Positions 62,180-64,000 of a stretch of 64,000 nt of DNA are shown here, piece after piece; position 1 is the stretch's first letter; every line of letters begins with the position of its first letter. This DNA comes from Octopus bimaculoides. Taxonomy: Eukaryota. The notes under the pieces were generated by a model. The model had not been told where the DNA came from and ran no database searches. It was given only the letters and a program-made list of their open reading frames with translations. The stretch lies in assembly GCF_001194135.2 (NCBI RefSeq), contig NC_068996.1:54942130-55006129 (forward strand), read 5' to 3'. Position numbers and translations under genes: made by a program.

Positions 62180-62570
62180 CATTACCAAGAATTGTGAACT
62201 AGAGGTAACACAACAGTTCGCAAATGCGAGATCTACCATCACAGTCAACCTCTCTCAAAAGTCAGAAATTAATGGATGCATTGGAAGCGTAACCTCAACA
62301 CTTTCTACTAACACTGCTTGAAAATAGATCTTAGTCACTAATGAGGTCCTGGTTTACACTCAGATTATCCAGCCTTCTCAACAACTCTGGCTGGGCCTCA
62401 TATACTGCAGATCAAAAGACCTGCTGCAAGGAAAATGGCATCCAGATATGGAGACTACTATCTTTATTTGGAAGATACCTACAAGGCATGACAACACTGG
62501 CAGAAAGCAGTACATATACTCACAATCAACACGACTCCAACCCGACTGAAGCAAGACATTCCATGATCTC
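62180..62570 (+). mobile_element. Ancient RTE/BovB-type RT fragment
   Basis: LEVTQQF..STITVNLSQKSEINGCIG..STLS resembles the EVVxxFxYLGSTIxxNLSLDxEINxRIG thumb motif. Confidence 0.45.
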
Positions 62571-63609
62571 ATGAGATTAACAAATACATCCAACGTATGC
62601 AAACATATTAAAATGTGTACATAATGTATATCATTACTCTGTTAATGTTGGAAATCTGCCCTTCCATGCTTACATGGACCAGACACAATTTATTGAGGCA
62701 AATTTTCTATGACTGTTGCCAACCCTTACCAGTTTTCAAGCAAGGTACTATTTCCATATGGTCAGACATGTTTTTCGCAGAAGATTAGAAAAGAACAACA
62801 CCATCACTTATATGATGGTGTCACATCATTTAGAATCATTGTGATGTCAAGACAAGGAGTTACACAAATATAAATATAGTTTACATCTATAAATCCATGC
62901 ACAAGAATTTGGTTGACCAAAAGTTACAGTAGAAAATACTTGCCTAAGGTGCCATGCAGTGGGACTGAACATGGAACCACATGGTTAGGGAGCAAGCTTC
63001 TTCATGACACTGCCATACCTGTACACGAATACAATATGTATAAATGTTCGTATTGTATATATGCATACATATACAATATATGCACATCCATTCGTGTGTG
63101 TATATCCACATATACATAGCTGTATGGTGAAGAAGTTTACTTCCATCCATATGATTTGGGACTCAGTCCCACTGCATGACACCTTGAACAAGTATTTTCA
63201 ATCTTCTATGAAAACATGTACAACCGTAAGGAAATATTACCTTGCTTGGAAACAAGCGCGAGTTTGCAACGGTCGCAAAAAAAAAAGTCTCCCACATACA
63301 ATCATGGAAAAAAGCAAAAAAATGTTTTTAATACACATACAGGCACAAAGGGAAGCATTTCAATATACACCATCGGATTTAATTTTCCAATCCTATTTGA
63401 ATCGTATTCAATGTTATTTATTTGTGGATAATTGAAACTAAGTATAGCAGTTCCCCAATTGCAATTGCTTTTTTATTCATATTGAGTATTTGATTGATTC
63501 TTCAATAATGAAAGGAACAGAGAAATTAGTTCTCCGTCTACAAATCTAATATGTAATCTTTATTTGAAATAAATCCCAATGCAATACTATTATTATTAAT
63601 TAATAAACA

Positions 63610-63832
63610 GCGTGAGACGGCGAGCTAGCAGAATTGTTAGCACACCGGACAAAATACTTAGAGGCATTTCTTCCGGTTTTACGTTCTGAGTTCAACTTCC
63701 GACGAGGTCGACTTTGCCCTTCATCCTTTCTGCGTTGATAACAATAAATACCAGGTGAGTACTGGGTCGATCTAATCGACTTACACCCTCTCCCAAAATT
63801 TCGCCTTGTACCTGAAGCAGAAACGATTATTA
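63610..63832 (+). mobile_element. tRNA-derived SINE family 2
   Basis: ggcgagctagcagaattgttagc..gttctgagttcaacttccgacgaggtcgactttgcccttcatcc. Confidence 0.82.
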
Positions 63833-64000
63833 AGAAACAAAGTACCTCGACATTTGTCAGAAATACATTTTTGGTAAATATTATATTTACAGCACAACAA
63901 AGTCTAACCTAGTGATTAACCAAATATAATCACATCAGGAATCTTGCAAATATATATACATACATACATGTGTGTGCATGTATATGTATACATACACACA

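Overview
AT-rich eukaryotic genomic DNA with six N gaps, most likely from an octopus (inferred from the SINE and RTE repeat families and the microsatellite density). One protein-coding gene dominates: a minus-strand ubinuclein (UBN1/UBN2/yemanuclein type, HIRA-complex H3.3 chaperone). I traced 12 GT-AG exons from 47618 to 15425 that splice in frame (4111 nt, about 1370 aa): the Hpc2-related HUN/HRD domain, the UBN middle domain and a 2765-nt Ser/Gln-rich exon. The first coding exon was not found and the last exon is ambiguous. The rest is transposon-derived: RTE LINE fragments, a CR1/L2-type LINE fragment, two tRNA-type SINE families, four mariners, piggyBac remnants with TTAA target sites, a Helentron-like element and MITEs. 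Best leads: (1) a minimal type I hammerhead-ribozyme motif with palindromic helix III at 1235-1329, inside a 67-bp inverted repeat, as in Penelope-like retroelements; (2) apparent absence of a conserved ubinuclein middle-domain exon; (3) a hairpin-unit array and a PHD finger in the RTE family; (4) a MITE carrying TTAGGG repeats; (5) an unclassified 405-bp insertion with an 11-bp TSD. All calls are by eye; no database searches were run.
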